Below, piece after piece: positions 36,578 to 46,443 of a DNA stretch of 59,685 bases. The position numbers and the translations under genes were made by a program. Under the pieces are notes generated by a model. The model had not been told where the DNA came from and did not search any database. It saw only the letters and a list, made by a program, of their open reading frames with translations. This DNA comes from a virus (taxonomy: Duplodnaviria; Caudoviricetes), in the IMG/VR virus record IMGVR_UViG_3300028400_000156, positions 1 to 59,685 of that record; one strand, written 5' to 3'. The first letter of the stretch is position 1. The number at the start of each line of letters is the position of its first letter.

Positions 36578-38557
36578 TTGGCCATTTTCACTCCTGTGCA
36601 GGGCACGGCAGACGTAGCACTCGATGCCGAGGCCACTCCGCAGCCGGAGCCCATAACCGGGCTGGCGGCGTTTATTCGTGAGCGATTTTCCGAGTTTCGC
36701 AACCACCGGGACTCAGAGGGGATCAGCGACAGGCTGGTGTCTTCCCTCAGACAGTACAACGGCGAGTATTCCGAGGACAAGCTGCAGAGTATTCGGCAGT
36801 TCGGCGGGTCCGAGGTGTTTGCCCGGCTCACCACGGTGAAGTGTCGCGGCGCCACGGCGTTGCTCCGGGACGTGTTCCTCGGCGCGGAGCGCACGTGGGC
36901 GCTGGCGCCGTCACCAGTACCAACTCTGCCGGAGGATGTCCTGCAGTCGGTCGACCAACTCCTGGCCACGGAGATGCTCGCCGCGGCGCAGCAGGGCGTG
37001 CAGGTGGACCCGCAGCAGGTGCTCGACAGGCGCGATGCGCTCATAGCCGCTGCCGAGAAGGCTGCCGTGCGTCGGGCCAAGGACGAAGCCCGGGAGGCGG
37101 AGACCTACATCGACGACATCCTGCGCGAGGGGGGCTTCTACACGGCACTCAGCGACTTTTTGGTCGACCTGCCCATATTCCCCTACGCCGTGCTCAAGGG
37201 CCCCGTAGTGCGGCTAGTGCCGAAAATCAAGTGGGTGAATGGTGCCGTGACCATGCAGCAAGTGCCGCGGATGCACTGGGTTCGGGTATCTCCGGACAAT
37301 GTGTGGTTCACGCCCGGGGCCGGCACGCTGGAGGATGCCTCCGTCATCGAGCGTATCAAGGTGTCGCGGGCCGAGCTCAACGGGCTCCTGGGCCTGCCCG
37401 GCTACTTCGAGGACGCCGTGCGCGCGGTGCTCAACGACTACGACAAGGGACTCACGGACTGGCTCTCGCGCATCGACCAGGAGATGTCGGACCTGCAGGA
37501 CAAGGAGAGTCCGGTCACCAACACCTCCGAACTCATTGACTCACTGGAGTTTCATGGCCCGGTCAAGGGCTCCTACCTCGTAGAGCTTGGATTCACCAAG
37601 GGCCAGGTGCCCGACCCCGACCGCGACTACCACGTGACGGCGTGGCTGATTGGCCGGCACGTCATCAAGGTGCAGATCAACCCCAATCCGCGGGCGGCCA
37701 AGCCCTATTACACCACGGCGTTCGAGCAGGTGCCGGGGTCCATCACTGGCCATGGCATCCCGGAAATCATCAACGATGTGCAGGATGTGGCCAACGCCTG
37801 CATGCGCTCGATGGTCAACAACATGAGCATCTCCTCCGGCCCGCAGGTGGCCATAAACGAGGATCGGCTCTCGGCATCGACGGACGCCAACTCGCTCTAC
37901 CCCTGGAAACGCTGGCGGTTTACGTCAGACCCCATGGGCACGGCGGCGCCACCCATCGAGTTCTTCCAGCCCAAGTCCAACGCGGCTGAGTTGCTGGCCA
38001 TCTACAAGGAGATGCAGAATGTGGCGGACGAGACTTCGGCCATTCCGCGATATGTCACTGGCTCGGAGAAGGTCGGTGGCGCGGCGTCAACGGCGTCCGG
38101 CCTGGCCATGCTCATGAACAATGCGTCGAAAGTGCTGCAGAACGTGGCGGCGTCCATCGACCAGAACGTCATCTCGCCGGTCCTGCGTAACCTCTACGAC
38201 ATGCTGATGCTCACCGATGCCTCCGGGCGGTTCCGTGGTGACGAGAACATTATCGTGCGCGGCGTCACCGTGGCGCAGCAGAAGGAGACCAATCGGGCCC
38301 GCCGCCTCGAGTTCCTGCAGCTCACGGCCAACCCGCTCGACATGGAGATTATCGGCCCGGCCAACCGGGCGAAAATCCTGTCTTCAATTGCTGAAGACCT
38401 GGGCCTTGCCGGTGAGGATATTGTCCGTGATCCTGCAGAGATCGAGCAGGCGCTGGCCAACGCGCAGGAGGCCACGAAGGAAGCCGGCCAGCACATGGCG
38501 CAGACTGACCGACCCAAAGATTCCCAACAAGTCCTACTACCAGGAGGTGCTGCTTGA
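36578..38557 (+). CDS. Portal protein
   Basis: 659 aa after TerL; PGSITGHGIPE, TASGLAMLM motifs. Confidence 0.85.
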   Translation: MAIFTPVQGTADVALDAEATPQPEPITGLAAFIRERFSEFRNHRDSEGISDRLVSSLRQYNGEYSEDKLQSIRQFGGSEVFARLTTVKCRGATALLRDVFLGAERTWALAPSPVPTLPEDVLQSVDQLLATEMLAAAQQGVQVDPQQVLDRRDALIAAAEKAAVRRAKDEAREAETYIDDILREGGFYTALSDFLVDLPIFPYAVLKGPVVRLVPKIKWVNGAVTMQQVPRMHWVRVSPDNVWFTPGAGTLEDASVIERIKVSRAELNGLLGLPGYFEDAVRAVLNDYDKGLTDWLSRIDQEMSDLQDKESPVTNTSELIDSLEFHGPVKGSYLVELGFTKGQVPDPDRDYHVTAWLIGRHVIKVQINPNPRAAKPYYTTAFEQVPGSITGHGIPEIINDVQDVANACMRSMVNNMSISSGPQVAINEDRLSASTDANSLYPWKRWRFTSDPMGTAAPPIEFFQPKSNAAELLAIYKEMQNVADETSAIPRYVTGSEKVGGAASTASGLAMLMNNASKVLQNVAASIDQNVISPVLRNLYDMLMLTDASGRFRGDENIIVRGVTVAQQKETNRARRLEFLQLTANPLDMEIIGPANRAKILSSIAEDLGLAGEDIVRDPAEIEQALANAQEATKEAGQHMAQTDRPKDSQQVLLPGGAA

Positions 38558-38796
38558 TAGACCGATACAAGGCGAGCGAGAAACTACTCAAGGCCATCAT
38601 CGCGCTGGAGCAGTCAGAGGACTTCCGCGTGGTGCTCACTGAGCTTCTCGCAAGCAATCTGGAGGACGCCACCAATACGGCGCTCTTCCATATTCAACCC
38701 GATGTGCGTGAAAGGGCAAGCGGCGAGGCACGATGCCTCACGATGCTCTTGAACACCATCACAACTGCTCGTGAAGAGCTTTCAAAACGTAACTGA
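38554..38796 (+). CDS. Small conserved post-portal protein
   Basis: Position between portal and scaffold. Confidence 0.55.
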   Translation: MIDRYKASEKLLKAIIALEQSEDFRVVLTELLASNLEDATNTALFHIQPDVRERASGEARCLTMLLNTITTAREELSKRN

Positions 38797-38806
38797 GGAA
38801 TATGCC

Positions 38807-39919
38807 ATGGCACTCCCTGCACAAATCAAGAAACAGGTAAAGAAAGCGAAGAAGATTCATGATGAGGTTTATTCCAATGAACAAGCTGAAAATAGCGATC
38901 CGGCTGCTGAACAAACTCCACCGCCCGGCGCGGAAGGGCAGCCTCTGGCCCAGGTTGGTGATGTTGCAGAAGCGCCCGTGGAGGGCGACGGGAATCCCGA
39001 TGAGCCGGCTGCAGTACCGGACGGCGCGGCTGCCAGTGCCGAAGGACAGACTGCCGGAGATGAGGTTCCGACTGACGGCCAGGGCGAAGAGGTAGATCCG
39101 CGCGAGGACGACCCCGAGTTCTGGAAGCACAAGTACTCCGTCCTCGAAGGCAAGTATCGCGCCGAGGTACCGCGCCTGCACGACCAGAACCGAGAGCTCC
39201 ATGAGCAGCTCAACCGCGTGGAGCAGTTGCTTGCCTCCATGAGCCCGCCCGAGGTCAATGCTCCCGCACCTGTGGAAACGCCGCGGCTGACCGAGGATGA
39301 CGTTGAAGCCTGGGGCAGTGACATGGTCGACTTCGTGAAGCGCGCAGCCGCCGAGATGGTGGCGGAGCAGATCCAGCCCCTGCGCGAGGAGAACGACCAG
39401 CTCAAGGCCATGCTCGGCCAGGTGTCCTCCACCGCGAAGGAGACCGCCCGCGAGGCCATGCTGCGACAGCTGGCTGCGCAAGTGCCTGATTGGGAAGCAC
39501 AAAATGTTGATCCCGGGTTCCTTGCATGGCTGAATGAACCTGATATATACTCAGGAGTAAGCCGGCGGCAGTTGCTGACCGATGCGTTTGAACAGAACCA
39601 CACAGCCCGCGTGGTTGCGCTGTTCAAAGGGTACCAAGCTGAGAATCAGCCCACCGCGACTCCAAGTGCTCCGCAGACGGTTGAACAGGAAACACCCCCT
39701 CAACCGGTTGTGAATATGGACTCGCTCGTGGCTCCGGGAAAACCGAGTCAGGCTTCTGGAGATGCTGAGCAAGGATCAGCCAAGTACTTCACGCAGCAGG
39801 AGATTTCTGCGTTCTATGCGGATGTTCGGTCAGGCAAATATCGCAAGCGACCCGAGTTGAGGCAACAGATCGAGCAGGAAATCTTCGATGCGGTTAATGC
39901 GGGCAGAGTGACACCGTAA
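38807..39919 (+). CDS. Capsid scaffolding protein
   Basis: Acidic/coiled-coil, KYSVLEGKYRAEVPRL, precedes the capsid gene. Confidence 0.7.
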   Translation: MALPAQIKKQVKKAKKIHDEVYSNEQAENSDPAAEQTPPPGAEGQPLAQVGDVAEAPVEGDGNPDEPAAVPDGAAASAEGQTAGDEVPTDGQGEEVDPREDDPEFWKHKYSVLEGKYRAEVPRLHDQNRELHEQLNRVEQLLASMSPPEVNAPAPVETPRLTEDDVEAWGSDMVDFVKRAAAEMVAEQIQPLREENDQLKAMLGQVSSTAKETAREAMLRQLAAQVPDWEAQNVDPGFLAWLNEPDIYSGVSRRQLLTDAFEQNHTARVVALFKGYQAENQPTATPSAPQTVEQETPPQPVVNMDSLVAPGKPSQASGDAEQGSAKYFTQQEISAFYADVRSGKYRKRPELRQQIEQEIFDAVNAGRVTP

Positions 39920-39940
39920 ACCCAACTCGAGAGCACTATC

Positions 39941-40915
39941 ATGGCTTATCCTATTGCAACAACCAAGTACGGCACAGATGTTGCCGCCAATCCGGCTTAT
40001 TCCGGCACCTTCATTCCGGAGCTGTGGTCCGGCAAGATGATCGAGAAGTTCTACGACGCTACCGTCGTAGGCGCCATCGCCAACACCAATTGGGAAGGCG
40101 AGATCAAGAACCACGGCGACAAGGTCATCATCCGCACCAAGCCGACCATCGCCATCAACGCCTATTCGGCCGACCAGTTGCTGGTCTATGAGCGCCCGAG
40201 CTCCAACATCGTCGAGCTGCTCATCGACAAAGGCTACTACTGGAACACCATCCTGGATGATGTCATGGAGGTTCAGTCCGACATCGACCAGATGAGCCTA
40301 TGGGCCGAAGATGCGTCGGAGCAGATGAAGATCAAGATCGACACCGAGTGCCTGGCCTACTTCGTCACCGACGTGAATGCCGCCAACCAGGGCGCCAACG
40401 CGGGTCGCATCTCCGGCAACATCAACCTGGGTGCCGCCGGCGCTCCGCTGGAGCTGTCCAAGGATGGTGCTACCACTGGCGAGACCGACATCCTGGATGC
40501 CATCATTCGCCTGGGCCAAGTCCTGGACGAGCAGAACATCCCGGAGACCGGTCGCTGGCTGATCCTGCCGGCCTGGGCCAGCGCCATGCTGAAGGCTTCC
40601 GACCTGCGTCGGGCCGATGTCATGGGCGACAGCACCTCCGTGTTCCGCAACGGCAACCTGGGCATGCTGGACCGGTTCAATGTGTACTCCTCCAACCTGC
40701 TTCCCCAGTCCTCTGGCGAGGTCGGCGGCGAGGCCACGTACATCATGGCCGGCCACTCCCATGGCCTGACTTTCGCCTCGCAGCTCTCCAAGATGGAGAC
40801 CCTGCGCGGTGAGAGCACCTTCGGGCAGATCATGCGCGGTCTGCAAATCTACGGTCGTAAGGTCGTGGACAACACCGCGCTGACCTACCTGTACGCTCGC
40901 AAGTCAACCCTGTAA
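39941..40915 (+). CDS. Major capsid protein
   Basis: FIPELWSGK, EGEIKNHGDKVIIR, LDEQNIPETGRW, RGLQIYGRKVV; followed by a terminator. Confidence 0.9.
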   Translation: MAYPIATTKYGTDVAANPAYSGTFIPELWSGKMIEKFYDATVVGAIANTNWEGEIKNHGDKVIIRTKPTIAINAYSADQLLVYERPSSNIVELLIDKGYYWNTILDDVMEVQSDIDQMSLWAEDASEQMKIKIDTECLAYFVTDVNAANQGANAGRISGNINLGAAGAPLELSKDGATTGETDILDAIIRLGQVLDEQNIPETGRWLILPAWASAMLKASDLRRADVMGDSTSVFRNGNLGMLDRFNVYSSNLLPQSSGEVGGEATYIMAGHSHGLTFASQLSKMETLRGESTFGQIMRGLQIYGRKVVDNTALTYLYARKSTL

Positions 40916-40929
40916 GCAGCAGCCCTCTT

Positions 40930-40957
40930 GATGGCCCCTCACGGGGCCATCTTTTTT
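40930..40957 (+). terminator. Rho-independent terminator
   Basis: GATGGCCCC-TCAC-GGGGCCATC-TTTTTT. Confidence 0.85.
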
Positions 40958-40969
40958 CAGGAGATTACT

Positions 40970-41224
40970 ATGGCCCGTAGATTACTGCGCAACACCAAGA
41001 CCGGTGTTGTGTTCGCATACAACCCCATGATGGCTGAACAGCCGAATATGGAGGAGTTCACAGAGATCGAGGCAACGTCTGTCGAGGTCGAGAAAACTGC
41101 TCCGAAAAAGAAGGCCGCGAAAAAGAAGGCCGCGAAAAAGAAGGCTGCCCCCGAGGTAGCACCTCTGGAGGCTGACGCCGATCTCATGGCTTCACTGGGA
41201 GCCCTGGATGACCTCGATAGCTGA
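40970..41224 (+). CDS. Small protein with KKKAA repeats
   Basis: AGGAG RBS; 15-bp tandem repeats. Confidence 0.6.
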   Translation: MARRLLRNTKTGVVFAYNPMMAEQPNMEEFTEIEATSVEVEKTAPKKKAAKKKAAKKKAAPEVAPLEADADLMASLGALDDLDS

Positions 41225-41549
41225 TGTTGTCAACGTCGCGCGTGACCTGCTCCAGGACACATTGGAGCCCTATCGCCACGACGACATCAAGCTGGTGCGA
41301 TATGTAAACTTCGCGCTGGCTGAAGCCCAGCGTGTGCGCCCTGATCTGTTCATTAGGCTGGACCACACGCTCCCCGATATCGACCCATCGGACCTCTCGA
41401 TGGAGTTCCCCCTGCATCCCATGTATGCCCCGCATGTGGCGATCTACATCGCCGGTATGGTAGAGTTGTCCGATGACGAGTTCTCCACGGATGGCCGCGC
41501 TGTAGCGCTGCTGTCACGATTCACTGCGGGGCTGAAGGGAAATGCTTGA
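41208..41549 (+). CDS. Putative head-tail adaptor
   Basis: ARDLLQD...LVRYVN.A...RPDLF. Confidence 0.55.
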   Translation: MTSIADVVNVARDLLQDTLEPYRHDDIKLVRYVNFALAEAQRVRPDLFIRLDHTLPDIDPSDLSMEFPLHPMYAPHVAIYIAGMVELSDDEFSTDGRAVALLSRFTAGLKGNA

Positions 41550-42144
41550 TATTGCCGAATGGCTCGACGAGCTGCGCACCCTGACTCAGGGCGCCGATGA
41601 TAACCTGCTGAAGCAGCAGCTCCGCCTCACGGTGCGAGACTTCGCCCGCCGAAGCGTAACCTGGCGGAAGGAATACGCAGATGTGAACGTGCGCGCCGGC
41701 AGGTCACGGTATGACTTCTCTCGTATCCAAGGTGGTATTGCACACATCGTCCATAGTGTCATGCTCTCCGGCCGGCCTATACCGCTGTATGACAACCGCC
41801 CTGTAACGGGCGCCACGGGGCGCTTTGCCTATGTGGCAGCGCCTGGCATCATCCATCTGAACCCTGAGCCCACAGAGGACATCACGGACGGATTGAGCGT
41901 CGTTGTGAGCTACATCCCCACTGGTGACAAGGTACCGGATGAGTTCGTGAACATGTGGTATGACGCCATTGCAGCAGGGGCTGCGGCCCGTCTCAGGGCC
42001 ATTCCTGACCGTCCGTTCACAAGTTACCCGCTGGCGCAGTTCGACGCCAGGCGATACCGCGCGCTCGTGGCTGAGGCACGCATTGACGCAAACGCGCGGT
42101 TCTCGAAGGCCGAGACTGGGTGGGCATTCCCTCGGTGGGCGTAG
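41542..42144 (+). CDS. Putative adaptor/tail tubular protein
   Basis: Position; RDFARRSVTWR, AIAAGAAARLRAIP. Confidence 0.55.
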   Translation: MLDIAEWLDELRTLTQGADDNLLKQQLRLTVRDFARRSVTWRKEYADVNVRAGRSRYDFSRIQGGIAHIVHSVMLSGRPIPLYDNRPVTGATGRFAYVAAPGIIHLNPEPTEDITDGLSVVVSYIPTGDKVPDEFVNMWYDAIAAGAAARLRAIPDRPFTSYPLAQFDARRYRALVAEARIDANARFSKAETGWAFPRWA

Positions 42145-42366
42145 ATGGCGATCAACGAACGAGGCATCAATGAAGTCGCCATCAATGCCGGCGATGAGAC
42201 GATAGCGCCGCTGGTAGATGCCACCGACTTCGCGGTCGTACCCCCGCGCATCTTCTCTGCAGTGGTGCGGCCGCACGTGCCCCCCGCCAAGGTTCCGAGC
42301 AGATCGAGAGCTGCGATGGTACAATCCTACAATCGAACAGTGGTGGTACAGCATGCTTCTGGCTGA
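42145..42366 (+). CDS. Small virion-associated protein
   Basis: INERGINEVAIN repeat N-terminus. Confidence 0.45.
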   Translation: MAINERGINEVAINAGDETIAPLVDATDFAVVPPRIFSAVVRPHVPPAKVPSRSRAAMVQSYNRTVVVQHASG

Positions 42367-42649
42367 ATTTGAACAAGGCGCGAATGACTATCTCCAGTAT
42401 GAGATTGACTATTCTCAGTGGATTCAGGCGGGCGAGGTTTTGACCACATCTGTAGCCACTGTGCAGGATAACACACCAACTCCCCTGCAGGTCTCTACCT
42501 TGCTGGACGTATCGGCGTCGAAAGTAAATCTAATCGTCCATGGTGGCGAGCCTGGTGCTTACTATAACATCCTGCTCCTGACTTCTACTGATACCCCACA
42601 AACTCAGGAAGATTGCATATCCATGTATATTCGTGAGGTTTGTGCATGA
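42353..42649 (+). CDS. Putative fibre-tail adaptor
   Basis: YEIDYSQW...GGEPGAYY. Confidence 0.5.
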   Translation: MLLAEFEQGANDYLQYEIDYSQWIQAGEVLTTSVATVQDNTPTPLQVSTLLDVSASKVNLIVHGGEPGAYYNILLLTSTDTPQTQEDCISMYIREVCA

Positions 42650-44514
42650 TCCAGTTCGCCAACAATTTCCAGGCATCGCTGACGAGTTCGATTGCAGCTG
42701 CGGATACAGCCATCCCACTGACAACGACTTCCGGGCTGCCAACTTTGACCGCTGCTAGTCCGCTATATCTAACCTTAGAGACTTCCGACCAGCTTACAAG
42801 GGAAATTGTGCGAGTAGAAGAGGTCTCTGGCAATACTATTACTGTTGTTAGGGGACTCGATGGGACTTCACCTTTCGCGTTCCCAATGGGCTCTGTGGCA
42901 GAAGTACGACTCCCGCGCATAGCACTGCAGGAGTTCGTGCAAAAAAGCGGGGGTCAGACTATCTCTGGGGATCTCACCCTAGAAGGTACGTTGGATGCTA
43001 GTTCTGTTGCTACGGCGGCGCTAAAGGATGCAGCCGGCGCCGTTCGTCTTAATACCACAGACGCTGGTATCTTTGTGACTGGCTCTGCAGGGCATGAAGT
43101 ACAGATCGGAAACACAGCCACAAAAATCGCCGGCGGCGGTCACCTCGTAGGGATAGCAACCGGCGTCGAATTTTGGCGATGTAATTACGATGCGGATTAT
43201 TTCCAAGTGAATCGCCTGCTGCGCGCTAATGCCGGCATCTATGCAGTGGAGGATATCACTTCGACGCACCATCTAACTATAGATTCTCGTGGGCAGGCTT
43301 CTTCCGCTACCGAGCTCAATTTCTATAACGATTACGCCGGCCCCGGCGGCGCGTGGGACGTCGTCACGCTGGATTCTGACGGCTCGATGCGTATCCGTGC
43401 ATTCACGGACAATACTGCATCAGTTATCGCCAAACAGTTCAAATTCTTGGCGGATGGGGCGCTAGTAGTCCAGGGCACTGGCAATTTCGGAGACGTGTTG
43501 TACGCAACTAAAAATATGCGTATCACAGGAACTTCAACAGGCACTGCGAATAGTTCTTGGCTCGGGTTCTATCAATCCGATGGGAACGCTCGCGATGCCT
43601 ATATAGGGATAGGCAGTACATCGTCCTACGACCTGTATCTGCACCAGGAGCACTTTGGTGCCAATACGGTCATCCGCGGTTACAACTCCGCGGGTACTTT
43701 ACGCAGCACAGGTATATTTGGCGGAGATAATGCCCAGGCTTGGCTCTACTACGATGGCACCTTGCGGTTCAACACTACGAGTATTGGTACCTACACTTCT
43801 GGAACAGCTGCTATATCTTCTACAGTAGCGCATGTAGGATATCATCAGCATTACGATTATGATGACGGCTATGGATCTGCGAACTATCTGCGTTCTTATT
43901 TGCGGGATGGGATTTATTACACCTATGGCGCCGGCAACGCTGTAGATTGGACTCATCGTCTTCAAAAAGGCAACCTGCACGTTGGCTATAGCAAAACCTC
44001 CGGCAGCACGTACCTGACGATTGAAGCAGACACAGACAATAACAATGAGTCCGATCATCCAGTCCTTGACTTCAAGCAGGACGGTGCAGGTGTTATATGG
44101 CGCCTGCAGATAGGCGGAACCAATGGCAATTCCTTTGCTATCCGCAATACGGTAGGCACAGAACGGAACGTCGAACTGTGGAACCAGGCCGGGACTTCAG
44201 CCACCATGCAGCTCAATTCAGAGACTGGCGTGGGCACCGGTGCGGACTGGATCGCCACCTCCGATCGCAGGATCAAGAGCAACATCGAGCGCATTGACCG
44301 CGCCCTGCAGCGCTTAAGCGCCGTCACAGGCTGCACCTTCAACAAGCAGGGTGCAGCCCGTCGCATGGCCGGAGTCATCGCCCAGGATGTCGAGGAAGCC
44401 TTGCCAGAAGCAGTCGTTGACGGTAATGTGAAGGCTGTATCCGCACAGGCCATGATCGGACTGCTGGTCGAGGCCGTGAAGGAGCTTGAGCAGCGAGTAG
44501 AGGCACTGCAATGA
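42646..44514 (+). CDS. Tail fibre 1 with C-terminal Peptidase_S74 intramolecular chaperone
   Basis: FANN...EIVRV...TVVRGLDGT anchor; TSDRRIKSNI, GVIAQDVE, LLVEAVKEL. Confidence 0.85.
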   Translation: MIQFANNFQASLTSSIAAADTAIPLTTTSGLPTLTAASPLYLTLETSDQLTREIVRVEEVSGNTITVVRGLDGTSPFAFPMGSVAEVRLPRIALQEFVQKSGGQTISGDLTLEGTLDASSVATAALKDAAGAVRLNTTDAGIFVTGSAGHEVQIGNTATKIAGGGHLVGIATGVEFWRCNYDADYFQVNRLLRANAGIYAVEDITSTHHLTIDSRGQASSATELNFYNDYAGPGGAWDVVTLDSDGSMRIRAFTDNTASVIAKQFKFLADGALVVQGTGNFGDVLYATKNMRITGTSTGTANSSWLGFYQSDGNARDAYIGIGSTSSYDLYLHQEHFGANTVIRGYNSAGTLRSTGIFGGDNAQAWLYYDGTLRFNTTSIGTYTSGTAAISSTVAHVGYHQHYDYDDGYGSANYLRSYLRDGIYYTYGAGNAVDWTHRLQKGNLHVGYSKTSGSTYLTIEADTDNNNESDHPVLDFKQDGAGVIWRLQIGGTNGNSFAIRNTVGTERNVELWNQAGTSATMQLNSETGVGTGADWIATSDRRIKSNIERIDRALQRLSAVTGCTFNKQGAARRMAGVIAQDVEEALPEAVVDGNVKAVSAQAMIGLLVEAVKELEQRVEALQ

Positions 44515-45098
44515 CCCTACAAACATCCGGCAACATTTCACTGACCGACCTCCAGGGTGAGTTCGGGGGGGCGGCTCCGCTCAAATTGACGGACTACTAC
44601 GCCGGCGGTGGGCTTGTTCCGGCCGGTGCGACCGACGGCTCAGGCAACCCGATCCCGTCCAGCGGGACGATCAAGCTGACGGATTTTTATGGTGCGGCAA
44701 ATGTTGGAATAACTCTTTCTGACCATACTGTGTGGCGTGGCATTACAGGCAGCTCTGTCACGGCTGTGTTTACGTTATACTCCGATGGATTGGCTCAGGG
44801 CATAGGAACCTCAATCGTAGACTATACCCCGGAGTGGGCTTCCAACCAGCCAAATACCGTCGGTTCGGATTATGAATGTAAGGCAACCCAGGTAAGCGGG
44901 GATGCTGTGTCTGGAGATACACTAGGGACATGGTTATCTCTACTTGGTAGCAGATCGTGGTCATTATCGGCCAACGCGCCAGCTGGTACTACTGACAGCA
45001 AATCTGGAGTTATATTTGTCGAGATAAGGAGGGCTGGCACAACACAGGTTTTAGCGTCAGCAAATATAACTATACAGGCTACTGCAGAGAATTTGTGA
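44511..45098 (+). CDS. Putative fibre-tip adhesin
   Basis: MTLQTSGNISLTDLQGEFGG...LTDYY...SGTIKLTDFYG. Confidence 0.55.
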   Translation: MTLQTSGNISLTDLQGEFGGAAPLKLTDYYAGGGLVPAGATDGSGNPIPSSGTIKLTDFYGAANVGITLSDHTVWRGITGSSVTAVFTLYSDGLAQGIGTSIVDYTPEWASNQPNTVGSDYECKATQVSGDAVSGDTLGTWLSLLGSRSWSLSANAPAGTTDSKSGVIFVEIRRAGTTQVLASANITIQATAENL

Positions 45099-45181
45099 TG
45101 TCTGCATTCATATTCGCCATGGTAATTATTATTGCCATGGAAATTATCGACTACATACTCAAAAAGCATCGGAGACATTGA

Positions 45182-45346
45182 ATGGCACTCTCATCTGACA
45201 CTGTCAACAATATCATCAATTTCATGCGCCGTGACGTGAAGGCAAACGGCGACGAGGCGTACATCTACGTGCGTTGCATGGAAGAACTGAAGAGCATGTT
45301 GACTCAGCCGGAGCAGACCAATGAGTCTGAGGACGAAGCAGAGTAA
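45182..45346 (+). CDS. Small hypothetical protein (54 aa)
   Basis: GGAG RBS; below the ORF-track size cutoff. Confidence 0.45.
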   Translation: MALSSDTVNNIINFMRRDVKANGDEAYIYVRCMEELKSMLTQPEQTNESEDEAE

Positions 45347-45656
45347 ATTCGCACGCATGGCCGCGGAGTTGATCCTGGCCATGTTCGCACGAGGCTACGA
45401 GGTCACGTTGGGCGATGCCTATCGTGACCCTCGTGTATTTGGCGCAGTGGGCACGAAGAAAGGGTATGGCAATCCGGTATCCTTGCACAAGTCGCGCCTC
45501 GCCATTGACATCAATCTGTTCAAGAATGGCAAATACCTGACGACCACCGAGGACCATCGTGAGTTCGGCGAGCTGTGGGAATCCTGGGGCGGGTCGTGGG
45601 GTGGACGATTCGATGACGCGAATCACTACAGCCTGGAACACAACGGGAGAAAGTGA
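45321..45656 (+). CDS. Endolysin, peptidase M15 family
   Basis: SLHKSRLAIDINL, WGGRFDDANHYS. Confidence 0.88.
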   Translation: MSLRTKQSKFARMAAELILAMFARGYEVTLGDAYRDPRVFGAVGTKKGYGNPVSLHKSRLAIDINLFKNGKYLTTTEDHREFGELWESWGGSWGGRFDDANHYSLEHNGRK

Positions 45657-45808
45657 TGCCGGTTAAGAAGTGCACGAAGGGCGGTAAGCCCGGGTACCAG
45701 TACGGGTCACAGAAGTGTTACACCGGTCCAGGAGCCCACAAGAAAGCCGTCAAGCAGGGGCAGGCCATCAAAGCCTCGCAAGCCTGCAAAAAGAGGAAGC
45801 CCAAATGA
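45656..45808 (+). CDS. Small basic protein (50 aa)
   Basis: MPVKKCTKGGKPGYQYG...; coupled at both ends. Confidence 0.55.
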   Translation: MPVKKCTKGGKPGYQYGSQKCYTGPGAHKKAVKQGQAIKASQACKKRKPK

Positions 45809-46008
45809 TCTCGAAAAAAGTTTTCAACCCACGATCACGACAGCATTGGTTCGGAGTCGCCCTCGGCATTGCCGGTGGGCTCCTGTCCACGCTGCCATCC
45901 GTGCGCGAGTTCATCCCGGAGCAGGCATACGGCCCGGCGTTCGTAGCGCTGTCCGTGGCTGTCATCGTACTGCGCAACATCACCAAAACCCCCATTGACC
46001 AGCGATGA
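45805..46008 (+). CDS. Putative holin
   Basis: Two hydrophobic segments; C-terminal LRNITKTPI. Confidence 0.6.
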   Translation: MISKKVFNPRSRQHWFGVALGIAGGLLSTLPSVREFIPEQAYGPAFVALSVAVIVLRNITKTPIDQR

Positions 46009-46238
46009 TAAAGAAGATCCTAGCTGACTTCTTCGCTCCGCTCGTGGCGATTATCGCTGCGCTCCTGGCATTGCTGGCTCGTAAAGCTGCAACGGATGCG
46101 AAGGAGGAACTGCGCAGGGCAGACGAACAACGGGAGTATGAGCAGGCTGGGTCCGAGGCCATTGTTGATGCGCTGGAGAGAGAACAGGAGATCCGCGATG
46201 AGAAGCCTGATCCTGGCCCTCGCGACCATTTCAGTTAG
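46005..46238 (+). CDS. Putative i-spanin
   Basis: N-terminal TM segment plus coiled coil. Confidence 0.6.
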   Translation: MIKKILADFFAPLVAIIAALLALLARKAATDAKEELRRADEQREYEQAGSEAIVDALEREQEIRDEKPDPGPRDHFS

Positions 46239-46443
46239 TGCCTGCGCGCCCCGCGTGGAATATGTCACGCCGCACGTCGCGCTGCCGAGCCCACTGGTCT
46301 TGCCGAAGGTTTCAGACCCTTCCGCATTGGAGTGTCTCGACGAGGAGACGTACCAAACTTTGAAGCTGCGTGATAAACTTCAGACCAACAGGCGGCTGTT
46401 ATATCGCCAACTCCTGCTCAACCTGAATGGAGCCAGCAAATGA
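46198..46443 (+). CDS. Putative o-spanin lipoprotein
   Basis: MRSLILALATISVSAC lipobox; Pro-rich; overlaps the i-spanin. Confidence 0.65.
   Translation: MRSLILALATISVSACAPRVEYVTPHVALPSPLVLPKVSDPSALECLDEETYQTLKLRDKLQTNRRLLYRQLLLNLNGASK

Noticed and set aside
41100-41150. 15-bp tandem repeat as a phase-variable tract
   Set aside because: Unit length is a multiple of three and encodes a KKKAA low-complexity linker, so no frame switch results
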